Assembly: GCA_973895155.1 (NCBI GenBank)
Contig: OZ316892.1
Coordinates: forward strand, 15,616,861-15,680,860
Direction of reading: 5' to 3'
From: Marsupella aquatica
Taxonomy: Eukaryota > Plantae > Marchantiophyta
DNA length: 64,000 nucleotides
Of the stretch, positions 59,353 to 64,000 are shown piece after piece; position 1 is the stretch's first letter; each line of letters opens with the position of its first letter. The notes under the pieces are model-generated. The model saw only the letters and a list, made by a program, of their open reading frames with translations, was not told the DNA's origin and made no database searches. The translations under genes were made by a program, and so were the position numbers.

Positions 59353-60104
59353 CTCTACTCTTGACGTTGCAGCGACTACGCTCGAACAATTGATCCAGTT
59401 GATCGGATACTTGTATCTCTCTCTGACTTTCTGGCTCGATCGACGGGAACCCTGTCAAAGCTGCTCCTCTGTAGAATTCTTCTTCGTTCCAAAACCCTAA
59501 CTGAGTTCGCGATCGCGCTTGACCCCTGATACTTACTCTGCACGGACCTCTGATATCAACATGGGCACTTTCCTCAGTCGACTTCCGATTTTTGCTTCGC
59601 AATCTCGACTCTGATTACCACTTGGCAACAACGGGATCTCACGCGGCCTCTGGTCTACACTTGGCATGGACTGAATCACACTCGACCTCTGATTCCTCCT
59701 AGGCACTAAGGGCATACGGGTCACATTCGACTCTGCACTCGTCCCTCTCGACCACAAGTCCTGGCTTCAGAGAGACATCCAGAACGCAATACTGCACACT
59801 ATATCACAATATGTGCTTTAATAGTTCAGATGGACCCCGCAAATGGAAGACAATTGGTAAGCTTTTGACCTTACGTACTTCCGGGCTAAAGATAAGGAGA
59901 ACGCAGGCTCTGTGAAGTTGACGTGCTATGTGGGATGATTATAGTTACTATATTTATGTTTATCTATTTCTATAATTATTTCAATGCTATATAAGAAAAC
60001 TATTTTTTACTGAGTCAACCCCCATAGTGAATCTTATACAAAATTACCCCCAATCTATTTTATTTAGTACTACTCCCAAGCCAGTGCATTGTCAAAACTA
60101 AGAA

Positions 60105-60320
60105 AAAAGATGTCAAAGGTGAAAACAAGATGTTGAGGTGAGAAAATGATGCTGAGGTGAGAAAAAAGATACCTAATAGAAAAAAGGTGTCAATGTGAGA
60201 TAAAGATGTGAAGTGAAAAGTAGATGTTGAGATGAGAAAATGATGTTAATTAGTTCACTTGAAGAAAATATGTCAAGGAGATAAAAAATGTCAAAATGAG
60301 AAAAATATGTCAAGGCGATG
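60105..60320. repeat. Degenerate ~19-20-bp minisatellite (AAAAGATGT(C/T)(A/G)AGGTGAG)
   Basis: About ten imperfect units visible. Confidence 0.6.
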
Positions 60321-61357
60321 CAAAGAAATTGCAGGCTTTGGGAGGTAATTGTTGAGGCATGCATGTTATGTATCACCCCTACTATATAGTCATTGTGGTC
60401 GTGCCCAACACCCATGCGTTGCACACAAGATGTCATTGCATAAACAATGTTATTGTAAAACAAAAGTCATTGCATAAAAGATGTCCATGTCAGAAAATGG
60501 TGTGGCCCAACTTGGGAAGAAATAATCCATTGGGGCAAAAATTTAAGGGGTCCATATGTAGAAACATGGGAATAAATGGTTTAGGATGGGATTCCATCCA
60601 ATTTCTACCTCAAAAATTTCACCATTAAGAAAACAAAATAGAACAAGCTCAATTGTACAAAAATTTAAAAATTGTTCCCCCAAACGGATATTGATGTATA
60701 AGTAACAATTGCACCCGAGTCTTGGGGTATTGAATCTTGATGGCAGTGGTCAGTGAATAATACCAACAATCATGACTAATTACTGCATGTCAAACTATTG
60801 TTGTAAACAAAGTCTTATGGGCTGAAACTTTTTAAACATAAGATTTTTATAGGGTTTGTATTTAGGTAGCCCGTAACTCCTTACATCCTGGCCACAAAAC
60901 AATTTTATGGCGTTACGGTTTTGACACTCCCTATTAATTAGTTTTGAACAAAAACAAAAAGACAAACTGGGAGATAGCATACAAAAAAATACATGGAACA
61001 AAAGCAAAAAAAAACAGACACAAAAGACAGATTGGGAGAAAGGCAATCTATAATACAGGAATTAAAGTGGACGGTATCAATAAATTTAGATTTTGTCTAA
61101 TCTAAGGTCTAGAAAAAAAGACTTTTAAAAAGAAATGGTTGGAGTTAAATCCCACCAATGCTACTTTCATAAGCAGGCAATGTACACAAAAGGGCAGGTT
61201 CCCTTGTTATAGTGTGTGATATACTAATCCCTAGAGCTGCTAGTCTAACCCACCTTGCGCCTTTCTTTGGCTGGCCATGCCATTGCATCACCCGTGAGCT
61301 GCAATGCCCCCTGACAAGCCGGACTGGTCCTGATGGGCCCATCTTCTTTTGAATAAA

Positions 61358-62152
61358 CAGCTTTTTACTATCCTGTCCCCCAAACTGAGCTAAATTACTA
61401 ACCTACCCCCAAAATTATTTTAATTGCTAGGTTGCCCCCCATATTGTATATATGGGTTACATTAACCGTTTCACTAGTTAGCCCAGGGTGATTTCTCATT
61501 GGTGGACTAACATGTTGCGAGACACTATTGGCTCCGCCTTACCCTGGCCGAGCTTACCCTCACCCAGCTAGCTCTTTCCCATTTTTTGAACAAGCCTTGC
61601 ACCAACCAGGGCTGGCCCCTCCCCCTCGCAAGTTTCAATCTCAACTTGAATCCAACCCTGACAATCGACCTGGCTGGCTGGGTGCTACAATTTTCCCTTC
61701 AAAAACAGGGTCCCACGCTCCATAGGGGCCTACGATCCTTTGGTCCCGATGATCCACCCACTCCCATTTTTCTGAAGGAAAGAGGCCCCAATAGTATACA
61801 TATTTTCCATTTGAAAACAACCCACATTTGGGCCTACCGCTTGATTTGAGCTGGGTCATCAGGATCTAGAACTTGAGAGGGGGACACGCCAGCCCTATTT
61901 GGTGCAGGCTCATTCAAAAAATGGGGAAAGAGATATAGTAGCCTAGTGAGGGTAACTCGGCCAGCATAAGGCAGAGCCAATAGTGCCTAGCAACGTGTTA
62001 GTCCACCAATGAGAGATCACCCTGGGTTAACTAAAACTGTTAATGTAACCCATTTATACAATATGGGGGGGGGGGCAACCTAGCAATTAAAATAATTTTG
62101 GGGGTAGGTTAATAATTTAGCTCAGTTTGGGGGACAGGTTAGTAAAAAGCTG
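61358..62152. mobile_element. Foldback/MULE-type MITE, 795 bp, with ~280-bp TIRs
   Basis: CAGCTTTTTACTA...TAGTAAAAAGCTG; flanks TTTGAATAAA / TTTGAACAAA (10-bp TSD, one mismatch). Confidence 0.88.
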
Positions 62153-62610
62153 TTTGAACAAAATGACGACACTCCTCTTGGCTGTCATCAATGTTGCATC
62201 CTTCAGTCTTGACTGCCCTTTCACTCCTTTCCATAACAATATTGTCAAGGCAGCTAAATCCTATGCATTAATTTTGTTTGTCGTTGTAGCACTTAACCAA
62301 AGTTATGATCAAACGAGTCAGTGATAGCTGATGTGATACAAGTCTTCCAACCATAGGCTTGCTTGAAGAAACAACAATACAAGTCCGGAAGGTTATCAAT
62401 CACTGATGAAGAAGCTATAGAAGTTGGAAATCAATATCATGTAGCCAAGCCTTGGCTGTCAGCAACAACAAGGTAGAGCTGTTAGGAATTTACTTGAGTT
62501 CCCAACTTTAGTTACTTTGGTTTACTAGGGTTAGTCAACCCTTGGTTTGATTAGGATAAGATCCACTTAGTTTAGCCCACACATCTCAGCCCCCTAGGGA
62601 GGTATAGGTT

Positions 62611-64000
62611 TGTCACGTTGAAAGCTTTGTCCTTAATCGAATTTTGGCTTAGGTGGCCATAAACTCCGTCGTTAGTATTGAGGTTCGGGCAAGGAGGGAT
62701 GTGCATACGGTACCGCATTCCACTAACTTGACACTAAATGTGCCAAATTCTATTATTACCCGTATCATAGGTATCGTTTGTGTTTCGCCGCCAAAACGTA
62801 CCTCAAGTCAATAGCTAGATCAACCTCGGTTTAAGGACTTCTAAGCCTTTGTGCTGTCCACCTTTGATCCGAATCCAATAATGCGGGTAGCTAACCTGGG
62901 CCCAAAACTGCTATCTGCAGCCTACACCCCGTGAACGGCTCGTATAGCGCATTCGGCCCAACATTCTCTATCCGCACACAAGATGTACAATTGTCTCAGT
63001 ATTCACAACATACACGCTTGATTCACACAAAGGAAATATTGGGGGAAAAGACTTTACATCAGAATCCGTTATGCACATACACAAGGTTGACTTGACTTCT
63101 TCTGAATACTCAAGCCAAAGGCAAAGAGGTGTACACTACAACAGAGCCCGGATCCGCACTCGCACAGCAAGCTTAGTCGTACCCTCAATCCTTGGAACTC
63201 TTATTCAAGAAGGCCGGGACTCCCCGCACATCCTGTGGACACCCGGTTCTGAACCTAAAATCCCCCCCCCCCGCTGCCTCTACTGGGGGTGCACTAAATA
63301 CTAACTAAGACCCGTGGCCAGGAGTGGGCACATGCTCAAATTCTAACCTATGCTAATCCTAGCTAAACGCCAGTCCGCTAAAATGGCTTGTCGTTACCCT
63401 AAGATACTACGCTAAAAGGTTGTCGGCGCCGCTCTAACTAGTTTTGGCTCTCGTCGGTAGTGTCCTACTCCTACGGCTAAACCTACGCTACTCCAAACTA
63501 TCGGTGCCTCTTAATGTCTGGCTCGCTTATTAGATCCGCCCAAGTGGGACTTGGATCGGCCATCCCGTTGCCTTCTCAGTCGGTCGACGTATTGCTTGAG
63601 GATTTGGACCTGGTCCATGAGAGAATCATTTTCTCTCTTCATCGCGTCTGTCTCCTCCACGGCTTCCTGGCATGCCTCTTCCAACTATTGACCGTCGCTC
63701 GTCAGCTTGGCCACCAATTGGTCTTGTTTAGCGGCTTCTTGTTGAAGCCGTGCCACCTTTGCTTTCAGGGCATCCACCTTGGCGGTATCTTGTTGGGCCC
63801 AAGCATCGGCCTCCTCTACGTCCTTTTGCCAGATTACAACTTGTCCCTTCAAATTGTCAATCTGGGTCCAGAGTCGTGAGATCTGGGCGTCCTTCCCGGC
63901 TCCGGCTTGCTCGGCCAAGGTTAACTTGGCCTTGGTATCGGTGACTTGGGCAAGGGCCATTGCCAACTAAGGACGGAGAAGCTGCAGCTCAGTATCCCGG
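62611..64000 (-). mobile_element. LTR of a family related to the 14.1-kb element, cut by the window edge, containing the 3' end of the LTR-internal ORF
   Basis: Starts TGTCACG; colinear with 14634-16000; peptide LAEQA.AG..A.I.RLW.QID.LK.Q...WQKD..EA...AQ.DTA....L.A.VARLQ.EA.KQDQL..KLTSD.Q; ORF stop near 63511. Confidence 0.88.

Overview
Eukaryotic land-plant DNA (spliceosomal introns; the transposon families suggest a bryophyte such as a liverwort, which is inference only). Two host genes flank a nested transposon block: a 6-coding-exon ESCRT-III VPS32/SNF7 gene (3900-5625, -) and an intronless plant multi-pass membrane protein gene (58360-59352, -). The block holds a full-length non-chromovirus Ty3/Gypsy element (14634-28730, TSD CTACA) whose ~4 kb LTRs each contain an ~880-codon ORF, two further Gypsy families that seem to share this layout, a PHD-finger integrase remnant, a chromovirus remnant and several MITEs. 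The most striking signal is a set of Mutator-like (MULE) elements carrying a gene for a ParB/sulfiredoxin-like domain (DGNHR-type motif), present in three decayed copies. Two copies sit head-to-head with a MULE transposase. The third continues in frame into a beta-class N6A/N4C DNA-methyltransferase-like fold and is followed by a Ulp1 protease. Each family carries its own dispersed palindrome (TAGCGCCnGGCGCTA, ~20 copies; ATCTCGG-N9-CCGAGAT, dozens of copies), reminiscent of a ParB/parS-like or VANC-like self-recognition system. All domain calls are by-eye motif recognition, not database searches, and all transposon ORFs here are interrupted by stops or frameshifts.
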